From the NCBI GenBank assembly GCA_951406725.2, contig OX597836.1, positions 47,492,001-47,556,000 on the forward strand: 64,000 nucleotides of DNA, given 5' to 3'. The notes under the pieces were generated by a model. The model searched no databases. It had not been told where the DNA came from and saw nothing but the letters and a program-made list of their open reading frames with translations. This document shows positions 25,061 through 38,690 of the stretch, piece after piece. The number at the start of each line of letters is the position of its first letter. Position 1 is the stretch's first letter. This DNA comes from Octopus vulgaris (taxonomy: Eukaryota). The translations under genes and the position numbers were made by a program.

Positions 25061-25446
25061 GGCTTAGGAGTGGCTGTGTGGTATGTAGCTTGCCTACCAA
25101 CCACATGGTTCCGGGTTCAGTCCCACTGCGTGGCACCTTGGGCAAGTGTCTTCTGCTATAGCCCCGGGCCGACCAATGCCTTGTGAGTGGATTTGGTAGA
25201 CGGAAACTGAAAGAAGCCTGTCGTATATATGTATATATATGTATGTATATGTTTGTGTGTCGGTGTTTGTCCCTAACCGATGCTGGTGTGTTTACGTCCC
25301 CGTCACTTAGCAGTTCAGCAAAAGAGACCGATAGAATAAGTACTGGGCTTACAAAGAATAAGTCCCGGGGTTGAGTTGCTCGACTAAAGGCGGTGCTCCA
25401 GCATGGCCGCAGTCAAATGACTGAAACAAGTAAAAGAGAGTAAGAG
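25061..25446 (+). mobile_element. SINE family A
   Basis: Near-consensus copy. Confidence 0.9.
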
Positions 25447-26773
25447 ATTCAAACCAAAATGTGTTATTTAAGAAAAGAACTGGTTTCTCTTTCCACTGCC
25501 CTGGTTGCTTGAAAGTGTTGCTTGTTGAGAGAAAGCAATTCCAGTCCTGTGTCTGGTCCCAACATAGCTTCACAAAAGTCGCTGTGTGCCATGTGTGTGC
25601 TGACGTCACTCCTTTACTTATATGAAACATGGACCCTTTCTGATTAGGAAGAAATGAATCAAAATATTCATTTTAATAAACATCTGCTAAGGTTTTTTGC
25701 CGTTGCAATATTAATTAACTGTCATCAAGCTACTGTCATCACCTTAAAAGTCATCATATGTTGTCAGAGCAAAAATATTCTAAACATTTTATTTTTTCTC
25801 CATTTCACATATAACAAGCAAGACTGAGTGAGTACAATAAAATAATCATCTCTGAAATCGTTGATATTCTTTACTTGTTTCAGTAAATTATATTGACTCA
25901 AGTGCTTTGTCCTACTTATTTTATTGATCAGGCTGATCTTAATATAAAGGAACATAACTCAGATGGAAGTAATTATCACAAGTTTGTTTTGTTCATCCTA
26001 AGCTGATATACACAAACACTCTCTCCAACCATATGGACCTGATTTTGTTTGTCCTATAACGGTATACACATATATACATTATATATAATGACATACACAA
26101 ACATCTGATAATTTTTAACACATTTTCTGCACATCAAGTTTCACTTTTTCTCTCTCAAATCACCTGATTTAGTTCACACACACATGCACACATTTAATGA
26201 GCCTCTACATATTTTCAATGTACCAACTTTCACTCACAAGGCAATCCCATGCAGTGGGATCAGACCCAGAACCACAAGGCTATGCCTGTGTTAATCTCCA
26301 ACTAAGCAGCAGTTGGTGTCACATGTCAACTGTTTGCCTTCCTCAAAAGCTACATAGCTAAGTGGATATCAATTTAATTATTTCATTTCAATTTACAAAT
26401 AGTAAACAATAGCATCATTGGTCACCACTGGTTCACTACATTTGTGACACTGAAAACGAAGAGGGGCGGGGAATGTCCATAACTCCCTTCAGAACAAATA
26501 TCACTAAGAACTTTGTTTAAAAACATCAATCTTTTTCAGTTTTCTCTTTAATGTTTATATCATTCACTACCTTGAAAGATATCTACATAGAACCCTATAG
26601 TATTGCCACTTATGAGGTATTGATCAATTTAAGAAGCATGCTTAAAGTGCCAAGAAGTGGAATCAAACTTAAAAACACCAAATTAAAAAGCAAATATTTT
26701 AAAACTCCACAGCCATCCCTTTCTTGGCTTAATTCTCTAATTTGACAACCATTTTTTATTAAAACAATATATA

Positions 26774-27174
26774 GGTGCAGGAGTGGCTGTGTGGTAAGTA
26801 GCTTGCTAACCAACCACATGGTTCAGGGTTCAGTCCCACTGCGTGGCACCTTGGGCAAGTGTCTTCTACTATAGCCCCGGGCCGACCAATGCCTTGTGAG
26901 TGGATTTGGTAGACGGAAACTGAAAGAAGCCCGTCGTATATATGTATATATATATATGTGTGCGTGTATGTTTGTGTGTCTGTGTTTGTCCCCCTAGCAT
27001 TGCTTGACAACCGATGCTGGTGTGTTTATGTCCCCGTCACTTAGCGGTTCGGCAAAAGAGACCAATAGAATAAGTACTGGGCTTACAAAGAATAAGTCCT
27101 TGGGTTTAGTTGCTCGACTAAAGGCGGTGCTCCAGCATGGCCACAGTCAAATGACTGAAACAAGTAAAAGAGTA
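26774..27174 (+). mobile_element. SINE family A
   Basis: Near-consensus copy. Confidence 0.9.
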
Positions 27175-29029
27175 TAGCTACCTCAAAATTCACATCAGTT
27201 GGTTCACCATATCACATGACTCTGCTCACTGATAATAAACTAATTAAATACTGTAATACACTTATGACAAACAATACCTGAATCCTGTAATATTCATCAC
27301 TGGAGGCACAGATGTGTGGATACTGAATTTGAATTGTCACCAGATGGTCTTGAATTCTCTCTCACTGCACAGCATCTTGGACAAGTACTTTCGAATACAA
27401 CTGCAGGCTGATCAATACTTTGTGAGTCAATTTGGTAAATGGAAACTGTGAAAGCCCATCACATATGTATGTCCATCTGGAGTTGCAGGTCCTCCTCAGT
27501 GTGGGTTACAAGACCACAATGGTCAGTGTGAAGGAGATCACAAATGAGAGCCGTGACGGTTTTTGTTACTTCAGTAAAACAACAAATGTTGGAAAGCTTT
27601 TCTGTTATACAGTAACAGATATAGATATCAGCATTGCTTTGTGCAAAGGCTTGCAAGATAACAACAGCCAAGAAGATGGCAAACTATGCAGGATGCACAA
27701 TATCATTCTATTTAACACCAGATTCAAATGAGATGGGCTCTAGTAGTTCACCACGGTAGTTATCACACGTCTTTGGGTGTTTTTCACCATCAGTAGGTGG
27801 ATCATCAAGCCAATGGATCACAGATGCCTATGCAAACCCTTTGATTTCAGCAGGACTTAGGACAGCCTCATGATTCAAGCCATTGCTCAATTGCTGCCAC
27901 TTGATTTCATCTTGCTTGCATCACAGTGCATTGCCAGTCTCTGCCAGTCAATGCAGAGGATGATGGTACAGAGAATCTGGTGGTAAACAGATTTTGAATC
28001 TCATTTATCGGCAGGCACCAGAATTTCACAGGCCTTTTCTCACCACCACATGTCCTTTGTTGTCAACATCTCTTCCTGGAACTGAGCCTTGCACTCTTTA
28101 AAATCTCTTCCTAGCTTATCATGTTCACACCCTGGAACAGAACAAGAGAGCAACTTGTTAAGTGCAACATGCTTTTCTTTCAACAGCCCTGTCACAAGTT
28201 CATTTTATTTAAACTAGTCCTAGTGTTCTTTCAATAAAGCCCAGTATTGAGGAAGCAGCTTCATAGAGAGCTGTTTACTGAAACTTATACATGGATCACT
28301 TTGGTGACTTAGATCAATATCAATGCTAACAGCTGGGAAGACCTTGCATTGGAGAGGAATCTGATTGCAACGGGGGTTAGAGAATTTGATAACAATGGGG
28401 TTGCATATAATGAACTGAAATGTATTGATATAAATATATTAAGGACATGAAACTTCTTCCTGAGAAGGGTAGAAAAGAGTCTCTTTCATGCGACCAGCAT
28501 AATCATTTCTGGTTGTCAAAAGCAGACCTACTCAACCCCAAACATGGTCGTGGAGGCATCTGCCCCTCCCCTGTCTACCAATGTGATATCTTGCATGATC
28601 TCTTGTGCACCTTGAGTAGCAGAGTGTGTGGGTCAGCCAATGAACTCACTCAGCAGTGTAGGTCCAACATTCAGAAGATTGGTCTGCTGCTGCTGCTGCT
28701 ATTGTGGGTGGGGGGAGAGACTTGTTGGTGTGACATGTAAGTTCTTTGCAGGCCTTAGGAGCCACATAAGATGTCATCAGTGATGGAGAGACCAAACTTA
28801 AGATGTTTCTTTGAGTGAAATGGGTAAAAAAAGTGCACTTACTATGTTACAAATCAACTTTCACCATGCACACCTGTATGTTATTTAGTTGTAATTTCTA
28901 GATTTCTTTCCAATGGAGAAGAAGCCAGTTTCTAACCAAGATCCAAGGATCCTACATTGGAATTTCAATTACATCAACAGGGTACTTGTGCATGTATGTG
29001 TACATGTCCCCCTTCAGGACTCTTGAGTC

Positions 29030-29500
29030 TTGTGTCTGGTCCCAACATGGCTTCACAAAGTTGCTATGTGCCATGTGTGTGTGCTGACATCACTCCTTTA
29101 CTTATATGAAACATGGACCCTTTACAGGCAACATGTGCCCTTGAACACTTCCATCAGAGATGTCTGAGACACATTCTGAATGTTGGCTGGTCCTTACAGA
29201 CAACAGACACAGAGACCTTGATGGGAGCTAACACCCTGAGCATTGAGACAAAGGTGCACAAACACTGATCATGCTGGGCTGGACTCCTTGTTTGAATGAA
29301 TGATCAGAGGATTCCTAAACAGATGCTGTATGGCAAACCTGTTTGTAGGAAGCAACCCCAGCAGAAACCATGACTGCAATTTAAGGGTTGCATAAAATCT
29401 CTAAGGTATGTGAGATATGGAAGCTCAGTTGGGAAAGCAATGACCAATGGAAAAAACAAGTAAAAAAAGGAGTGGATATTTTCGAAGAAACAAACATTTT
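29030..29500 (+). mobile_element. RTE/BovB-like LINE C-terminal fragment
   Basis: LLYLYETWTLYRQH..LEHFHQRCLRHILN...WAG..V.MNDQRIPKQMLYG with stops. A 95-bp piece recurs at 25543-25639. Confidence 0.75.
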
Positions 29501-29769
29501 GTGAGCTGCCTGTTTAGTGAATGGGGGATGTCTTGCCTGCAGTATCTGTGGACATGTCTATTAAGAGCTGGGCCCATTAGTCACCAGTAAATCCACACAT
29601 ATAAAGTGTAATTTTCTCTGAACGTACAATAGTCAGTGATGGTCTTCCTTGGTCACAAGTGAACGGCCTTCATCATCATATGTACAAGTATTGGCATCAG
29701 TACACAGGAAGATTTGTAGGTCTTGTTTTATGTATATGTACTTATAATTGTATATCTAGACAAGTACTT

Positions 29770-31400
29770 ACGTGCTCAACTTTTCACAAGTTTTCCTTAT
29801 TTAGACAGCGCAATTGATGGATTTTATCGGTAGTCTTCTAATTAGCTTTCTCCTTTCAGGTTTGAGAACTCTAATTTCTCAAAATTAGTGCTGAGATAGT
29901 TGGGTACATATCCAAGTACCCCAATAATTATGGGTATATATCCAAAGTTGTAGTTTACAAGGAGATTCTGTAAATGTTTCAACAATTCATTTATAAGTGT
30001 TTTCTTTTTCACCAGTCTTCAGTAACTGATAACTAAGTTCCATCACTCTACACAGTTTCTCTCCTCCATCCCAAATTACAATGTCTGGTCCAATATGTTT
30101 GCATTGAAGTTTTCTCAGAGATATTCCACCAACACTCTTTCATATTATGAATGGTTATGGTCTCTACCACATTGTGAAATCTTATATCTTTGGTCTTGGA
30201 ATTATTCTTCTGACAAATCTCATTATACAGTGTCTCGGTCTAAGCATCATGCCTTATTAGTAGATAATAGTGCAATGACATTTTCAGACAACTGCTTATG
30301 ATGAAGGTGAATCTTTGGCGTTAACCCCACAAAGTCTGTATCAGTTATCACATTCCAGTGTTTTCTTGTGTCTCTATCCCTTTTGTGCATCAGGGATTTG
30401 GTAGTTATTTCTTATTCCTGGATTGCAAACACATGCCCTTCAAAGTGAGAGTTAATAATCCAGATTTTGACCCAAGATAGACAACATTGAATATCAAATT
30501 TACTATCATCCTGGATCTTTCTGCTAACATATTCCAATGTAAGATCTTCTGCTCATATGCACTCGTCTTTTCATCTGATGATACATTGCAGCTGAGTTGT
30601 GTGACATCTCTGAGCAAATGCTTGAGGTTATCAGACAGAATATTTGTTGAGGAGCTGCTTTCCATGCTTCATAATGTTATTTGTCTAGTACAGTGCTTTT
30701 CAAACTTTTTGCTGGAGCGGAACCCCAAGGAAACATTCCACTGGCTCGAGGAACCCCTGTGCAATAATTTAATAGTCTTATGCACACATATCTGCACAGG
30801 AGAATTAAAAATTACTGCCGTTTTAGCAGTTTTGTAACTTCTTGTGGAACCCCTGGACTGTGCTGGCGGAACCCTGGTTGAAAACCACTGGTCTAGTATA
30901 TGAAGACTTGGTCAAAAGATGCATTTTGACATTTAGTAGCTAAAAGCTGTTGCCTAAGAGACATGATGTGACATTCAAAAACTCTCTGAATCAACGTTAG
31001 GCTTCTGCTTCCTTGTTCATGTTTTACGAGGCAGAAGCTGAACACTGGCAACTTTTACTCATGTTTGAGGGTGATAAGTTTGTGATGAGGAGTTTTCTTT
31101 TTACTATCTCCAAAAGTTATTTCTATCTTTTTCACATTTCTTGGTGAGATGCACAGTGGGTTACTTGTTTGTGTGAAATGCATTATTACACAGCTGATAG
31201 TCTTCTATAAACCAGCAATCTTCTCTCTCTCTCTCTTTTCAAAACCCATTTTGGCACTTATTGCTTCAGTTTCCTTTACTTCCCAAATATCTTCCATGTA
31301 CTGCTTTACAGTGATGATTAATGGGGAATATAAACAGGCATTAATCTGTCGAAATGAGGGTTCATTACACTGTTGTTGTAAACATTCCTCTCCAGCTTCA
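29770..31400 (-). mobile_element. Decayed RLE-type LINE (R4/Dong-like) 3' region
   Basis: Frameshifted EGHVFAIQEQEITTK, RHDA, EYWWN, PDIVIWD and IPIIIGVLGYVP motifs of the restriction-like endonuclease region. Confidence 0.6.
30691..30890. mobile_element. hAT (Charlie-like) MITE, 200 bp
   Basis: TIRs CAGTGCTTTTCAA / TTGAAAACCACTG and a perfect 8-bp TSD GTCTAGTA. A one-ended relative starts at about 37827. Confidence 0.9.
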
Positions 31401-32232
31401 TCAATCACTCTTAATACCATCAATCACTCTTAATGCCATCAATCACTCTTAATACCATCTCTGCTGGTCCTTTGTTTACTTTGGTGTTCTGAGTTGAAAT
31501 CCTGTAGAAGTCAGTTTTAGTCTTTCATTCATCCTTTTGGCGGTCAGTAAATAAAGTACCAGTCAAGGGTGGTGGACTGTGGAAGTGCCAGGGTGCCATA
31601 TATGATGCCTTGCAGTATTTATTCTGGCTCTGTGCATTCTGAGTTAAAATCCTAGAACAGCCAAAATGCATGGCAGAATTAATCCATCTCCAGGTGTAAC
31701 ACCACCACCACCACCTGATTGATCCTTGGGTGTCTTTAAAATAGTCCGCTTCATTACCAGCATTCAGGCTAAGCTGTTAGTTCATGGAAACTGATCTTTC
31801 TCTTGACTAAGCAATTTATTTTAATGTTGATCCTATCCATCTGTTCTGTCATATAAAACTAGTTTCAAACTTCTTTCACTCATTCCAGTTGAATCTATTA
31901 AACATTTTTTGCTAACAGATTAGATTACTAAAATAACTTATAAACCATTTCAAAATAACCACAGGAGTCTAAAACCTTTTAGGCTACTGCGTATCTATCT
32001 ATCTCATCAATCACTCTTAATCTCTTTCTTTAATGCTATAAATTCTGTGTCCCGAATCACTTACACAGACCACAAGGCTCTTCACTGATTTTTTTCTTTT
32101 AACACAATGAACCTATCATAAGCAGTTCATTATGGTGTGAAAACAAGTGGCAATGTTTACTGTATTTGTTTTGATTTAAGCTCTTTATCTTATAATTCAT
32201 TATTTAGTTTTGTATAATAAGTATCAGAACAA

Positions 32233-32597
32233 TCTTTATATATAAAAGTGAGGTTGTGTGCTGTCTGTCTCCTACGATTTAGATTCCTAACTACTCCCAC
32301 ATTTTGCGGTGCAGTTTAACCAAAACCGGGTATCTTATAGTCGTGATTCATATCGAGCCCTTCTGGGTATTAGCGCACGTCTACGATGAGTCTACGATTT
32401 AAAAAAAAATTTACCATCAATTTTTCCCATTTTTAATGCATTTTTGGCATATATAAGGGAAGTAACTCTCTAAAAATTTATTATTAAATCTCAGAACGTA
32501 AAAAGCTACAGTAACACCCCTTTTTAGTTAGCCATATTGAGATGGCTATTATACTTTACATCTCTAAAAATGCTTATATAGTTATTTCCTTTACAAA
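32233..32597 (+). mobile_element. Helitron-like element, 3' truncated
   Basis: A|TCTTTATATATAAAA 5' end like the 4723 element and a CpG-richer body. No 3' hairpin seen. Confidence 0.5.
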
Positions 32598-34722
32598 ATA
32601 TACAGGAGGATCCCAAAATATATTCAAACAAAAATCTTAAGTTAGAATTTAACCATCAACAAACAAAAACTGAAAATAGGAAATAGATTCTGAACTCACT
32701 ACAAGAAGAAGAATTCAATAAAGTTCCTTTTATCTTTCCTTTATATATAGTTGTTACATGTGTGTGTGTGTGTATACTGAGCTTTAATGTAGTCTCTTGG
32801 CCTGCTAGAAACAGCAGCCAAATCTCTCTCATATCACACCCATACAGTCTTAAAAGAAGACATCAGAGCTAGAATGTTTTTGATCTTGACTGACCCAGAG
32901 ATAAACTAACCAACTCCTATACATCTTTTAGCTTAAGACTAGAATCAGTCCAACCTTTTTTCTACACCAACCTGTTTAGGATGCCTTTAGCTCTATGACA
33001 CAAAATGCTTTATCTTAAAGAGTTCATATTTAAATATAAACCTTCCATTTAGATTTCAAACATCAACCTAACAACAAATGTCAGCTATTTTACTAAATTT
33101 CTGGCAAACCTGAATTATTTCCAAAATAATCGAAATATTGGCACAAAATTTTGTTAAAAACCTGTTGAGGACAAAGGTGAATATTAAGATTACAGTGCTA
33201 GGTATTTCATTGTTAATGAGTAATTAGACCCATTCTACATCATTAATCAGCTTTTCTAGATAAGGCTGTCATATTTTCATTTTGGAAATAGGTTCTAAGA
33301 TCGAAACCTTGAACCAAGGGGTCTCTTCATCATTATATAAAGAGAGTAAGGAGTTTGGTAAAGGAGATTATTTGAGTAACTTAACAGAAGTGTTCAATTA
33401 AACATCATCCAACCTGAAATGTGGTTGGCCCGAGATCTCCCCTCATTAATCCCCTCCCCTGTGTTGTGTTAGTTTGGTGGTGGGGGTCTTAACATGCAAT
33501 GCAGTATAAACAAAACAAAAGCATAAAATGTAAACAAAAATACCCACACACACACAAAAAAAAGAAAAGAAACAAACTACAATTGATTATAAGAAAAAAG
33601 ACACAGCAAAATATCACAAAACATTTGAAAATATTTAAGAATTCAGTAAATAACAAAGAAATTTAAAGTATCAAAACAGACTCTGGAGAAATCACAGTCC
33701 CCAGCTACAACTGAAGCTAAGATTGGTGAAATAGGTGAATGCAGCAGAATTTAAGTCTACTGAAAGATTAGAATGGAAACAAAATCTGTGAAAGAGGCCA
33801 TCGAAACTGAGTGACACAACAGGATTAAAATAAGAAGTGCACTGAGGGAAAATAGTAAAGAAAGGTTTTAAAATAACACTGAATAGAAAATTTACAGGCA
33901 ATATCAGCAATTCATTCTAACAATATCAGCAATATGAATTGTAACACCTTTATATTTTCATTATTTGAGAGTCACTTTGTATGAATCAGTTTTGGTTTTT
34001 CATATGTAATTTCACAGTCAACTTTTGTTATGCAAAGTTATTTGAATGATTAAATTTACAAATTGTGATTTCTTTTTTTTTTTTTTTTTTTTTGCACATT
34101 GATTTAGCATCTTTAAGAAACATCTGAATTAGGAGCTGCCTAAAAGATTTTGAAATACACACTAGAAGAAAATATATTTAAAAGATATTCAAGAAATAAA
34201 TGTCTACAAAAGAAGTGATATTCAGCTTTAAAATGCACTAGAAAATAGCAAAATTTGCCACCAGAGGGAGACAAAGGCAAAAAATAGAAGCTGAATGATA
34301 CTGAATTGATCAGCTAGAAGCTTGCTTGGAATTATGATAATGATAAGTAAGCCAAAAATAGAAATAAAAAATGTAATTCATAGCTTCAAAATTCATTTCA
34401 AAGGTTTGGCAGCTCATCTTAGAAATTTTATTTATATAATTTCTTTTTTTTTTTTTTTTTTCCAAATATTACTTTAAAATTTCATAAAAAGACTAAATGA
34501 GAAAATGGACTGTTGATTAATATTAAAAGATGCACAATAAATATAGTATAAAAATATTACTGCATGCCAGACATATCGGTAGAGATTAGTTGCTAGTTTA
34601 ATTGACTAAAAGAGGGGAGTGAGAGCAGTTTTATATCATTAAAAGGCAGCAACAACAGATCTTAAAGAAAAAAAAAACTATCTGTAAACCACTTCAACTC
34701 TCTGGCAGTACCACAGTTTGCA

Positions 34723-34725
<3 letters not shown>

Positions 34726-34769
<44 letters not shown>

Positions 34770-34848
34770 TAGTAATAATAATAATAATAGCCTGATGTCA
34801 GGAAATTTTCCTTTCCAACAGTTTAATCTGTTGTATGAATATGGAATG

Positions 34849-34892
<44 letters not shown>

Positions 34893-35323
34893 CCATTCTA
34901 TTATAGGAACAAGGCCTGAAATTTCAGGAGAGGGGGTAAGTTGATTACATCAACTGATTCTTATATTATTGGCTCCAAAACAATGAAAGGCAAAGTCAAC
35001 TTTGACGGAATTTGAACTCAGAATGTGAAGACAGACAAAATGCTGCTAAGCGTTTTGCCTGGCATGCTAATGTTTAATAATGGTAATGGTTTCAAATTTT
35101 GGCACAAAACCAGCAAGTTTGGGAGCAGAGGGAAGTCAATTACATCAGGCCCCAGAGCTCAGCTGGTACTCATTTTTTCAGCCCCAAAAAGGATGAAAGG
35201 CAAAGTCAACTTCAGCAGGATTTGAACTCAGAACAAAAAGACAGAAGAAATACTGCTAAACATTTCACCCAGCAAGCTAACAGTTCTGCCAGCTCACCAC
35301 CCTTACAATTATTATTAATAACA

Positions 35324-35382
<59 letters not shown>

Positions 35383-35490
35383 TAGTAATAATAATAATAA
35401 TAATAGCCTGATGTCAGGAAATTTTCCTTTCCAACAGTTTAATCTGTTGTAAGAATATGGAATGATAATAATAATAATAATAATAATAAT
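34726..35490. repeat. (AAT)n arrays with a duplicated 60-bp unique core
   Basis: agcctgatgtcaggaaattttcctttccaacagtttaatctgttgta.gaatatggaatgat occurs at about 34789 and about 35405. Confidence 0.85.
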
Positions 35491-36280
35491 AGTGAAAATA
35501 CTTTCTACTATAGGCACAAGGCCTGAAATTTGGGGAAGGGGACTAGTCCTTTACAGCAACACTAGTACATAACTGGTACTTATTTTATTGACTCCGAAAG
35601 GATAAAAGGCTAAGTTGATCTTGGCAGAATTTGAACTCAGAATGTAAAGACAGACAAAATGCCGCTAAGCATTTTGCCTGGCAGGCTAACGATTCTTAAG
35701 TTGTACTTTATTTCATTAACTTCAAAAAGATAAAAGGCAAAGTGACCCTGGCAGGGTATGAGCTCTGAATATAAAGAGCAGGAATAAAATCCACAAAGCT
35801 GTTTGTCCAATGCTCTAAGGATTCTGCCAAATCATTTCATTTACAGTAAGCAAAATATATTTTTTTCAAATACTTAGACAAAAGCAAAATTCAAGAGAAA
35901 GTTTGAAAGCTGGCAAATTGAAGTAGATTGTTTACATATAGGGAGACGTAAAAAGAAGAAAAAAACACCCTCTGAATATTCCTAATTAATAGATAAAAAA
36001 ATAAATATAGAATAGAAGTTTTACTAATGAAAATAAGATAGATGCAAGATAGATAATTAATTAAAAGCATGATGCCATAAGAGTTGAAGGGATATAGAAA
36101 GCTTTTTTCAAAAACCAACAATATTTCAACTCTGTAAACAAGGACTGAAATTCTGGTTTGAAACTTTTCCAATCCAAACGAGAGAAAAGTGCAATGAGTG
36201 AGTTTTCAGTGACAATGCTTATGGAAAACATTTGTTAAACTGGGCAATCAAAGCAACCAGCCTAACAGTGAAACACTCAC

Positions 36281-36313
36281 CGTGATGAAAATCCAGGAGT
36301 TCTTGTTGGTTTG
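36281..36313 (-). CDS. TMCC: Candidate 33-nt TMCC microexon (phase 2 to 2)
   Basis: ttttgattcctctaacag|CAAACCAACAAGAACTCCTGGATTTTCATCACG|gtgagt. Open in the required phase, giving N-KPTRTPGFSS-R. Confidence 0.6.
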
Positions 36314-37033
36314 CTGTTAGAGGAATCAAAAGTATTATCAGAACTATCAACAGAAATGAAGGAGTTAAAAATTTATTCATTTAACAACAATGTGGTTTCA
36401 TTAGTATAAAACTGTTTCTGGAATAGTTTTACAGAAGTCTAATCTGGAATAAATGAATGCTGTGGATTCTGCATTTCACACAAAAGGTGACCAAAGCAAT
36501 AATAAATGGAATGAAACAAAATGATAAGTTGGCAAATAAAAATACGTTTCTTTCTTTCGAACTGCCTGAAATGAAATATTTTGCACACTTATTTAAAAAA
36601 AATAAAAGCACTAAGAAACAAATGCCAGCATTGACTGTTTTCAGGACAATCAAAATGAAATTTAATATATCTGTTAATTCATATTAGCTTTAACATCTAA
36701 TACATTTAAATAAAATAACTAAGAAGTCATTTTGCAATTTTGTCCATTAAAAGCTTCCTTCTAGTTTCAAATAGTTGACAACCTGTCAGGTTATCATATT
36801 TATTACAGATACTATTGGATTATAATGTACAAATACATCAATACGGTAAAGATAAGACCTTTGTAGAAAATTAAACCCTGATCAAATTGTATCTGAAATT
36901 CAATAGAAGTTAACCATTCTCTGAATAATGATATATGGAATTTTTGTTTTTCAGAGGTAAGAAATTATTTTATAGCTAATTAGAAATAATCTTTCCAAGG
37001 ACAAAATGCATAAATTACAAAACAAGGATAATT

Positions 37034-37089
<56 letters not shown>

Positions 37090-37973
37090 TGAATATATAT
37101 ATATATATTGAGAAATCTTTACTATAATTGTAAAGGACAACACATTGATTAATCAGAAATTTCATGGAGAAGGAATTCTAAAGCCCATGCCATGTTGTAA
37201 ATGATTTTTCCTTCATTTAAACAGCTAAACATCATAATATATATTTTTGATGATTTTTGTACCCTTTTTGAAACAAAACTTAAAACTTCTGTACTTTACC
37301 TGTTTGATATTTAACAAAATTACAAAGCAATGAGAAAATTATTCTAGCAACCATTTTCAATAAAAAAAAATAATAAATGAAGTATGAATAAAAAGTAAAA
37401 TTTCAATTAAAGTGAGTTTAATGATTATCACACAATGGAATGTTCTGATTAGAAATTCAGATTCGTGATCGGAACTTTACACAGAAAACCATTTAGAATC
37501 AAAAAGTATCAAACACCATAAAAAAGTCCCATTTATAAGATACTGTTCCTTTAAGTGTAAATTTTAAAAAGAAATACATATTTAGTAGGAGTCAAGAACA
37601 CTAAACAATTACCCATAATCCACCATCAAACTGTATTCTAAACCTATGCTAATATCTATAGAATGAGACAAACTTCAATCCCTGACTCAGCAACATAATT
37701 TTTCTCTATTTTATTTTAAAAAAACATCAAATTATTATAAATTATAATTATCCAAAAAGTGGAGTACCAGAGCTTCAGACTAAATACATACCAATATTTA
37801 TACTAAATATCTAATATTATCTCGACCAGTGGTTCTCAACCATTTTTTTCCTAGGGATCTCCTTGATTCCCATTTCACACCATTCAATGCTTAAAAAATT
37901 CTATAATATTTTTATAATTGAATATTATTAGGAATTGTAAAAAAACAAAAACTGTTTAAACATTTTGTGTATT

Positions 37974-38018
<45 letters not shown>

Positions 38019-38395
38019 TAACCAATTTATTACTTATGAATTTTAAAGAAATTTTATGTGGACCCCCAAGGGTCATGTAGAATGTAAAACAAACTCTTGA
38101 TCCAAACAAAAACAGTCAAAGGTATTTAGACTAAGCACCAAACAATAAACACCTCTCAATATTCCTGTCCTGCTAAGATTCGGTTTGCCTTTAATTGTTT
38201 GAGGGGGTGGGGTAATTAAAATAGTTACGCACAAGTCAAATACTGGAACTGAATCAATGAACTCCCTTCCCAACAGCTACATGACCATGTAGCAATGTGG
38301 AAAATTCTTATCAAATACATATTGAGACAAAATAACTGTCCTCAAAATGTTATGCACTAACCTTATGTCTATTTACTGCTGCACTCGATTAGGTA

Positions 38396-38690
38396 GTGGA
38401 GGCACATGGCCTAGTGGTTAGAGCAGCGGACTCGCAGTCAAGGGATCGCGGGTTCGAATCTCAGACCGGGCGGTGTGTGTGTTTATGAGCAAAAACACCT
38501 AAGCTCCACGCGACTCCGGCAGAAGGTAATGGCAAACTTCTGCTGACTCTTTCACCACAACTTTCTCTCACTATTTCCTCCTACATCTAGCAACTCACCT
38601 GCGACGGACCGGCGTCCCGTCCAGGTGGGGAACCTATACGCCAAGGAAACTGGCCCTTATGAGCCAGCCATGGCTTGAGAAGGAACAAAA
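38396..38690 (+). mobile_element. SINE family B variant with a different 3' tail
   Basis: Same head and 5' body as family B. The 3' part (ggcgtcccgtcca...gccc.tatgagcc) is shared with 2529-2765. Confidence 0.75.

Noticed and set aside
25543-25639. 95-bp duplication with 29030-29123
   Set aside because: Both are fragments of the same RTE LINE region.
33414-33458. 45-nt AG/GT-bounded segment after a pyrimidine tract
   Set aside because: Stop codon in phase 2 and a weak gttgga donor.
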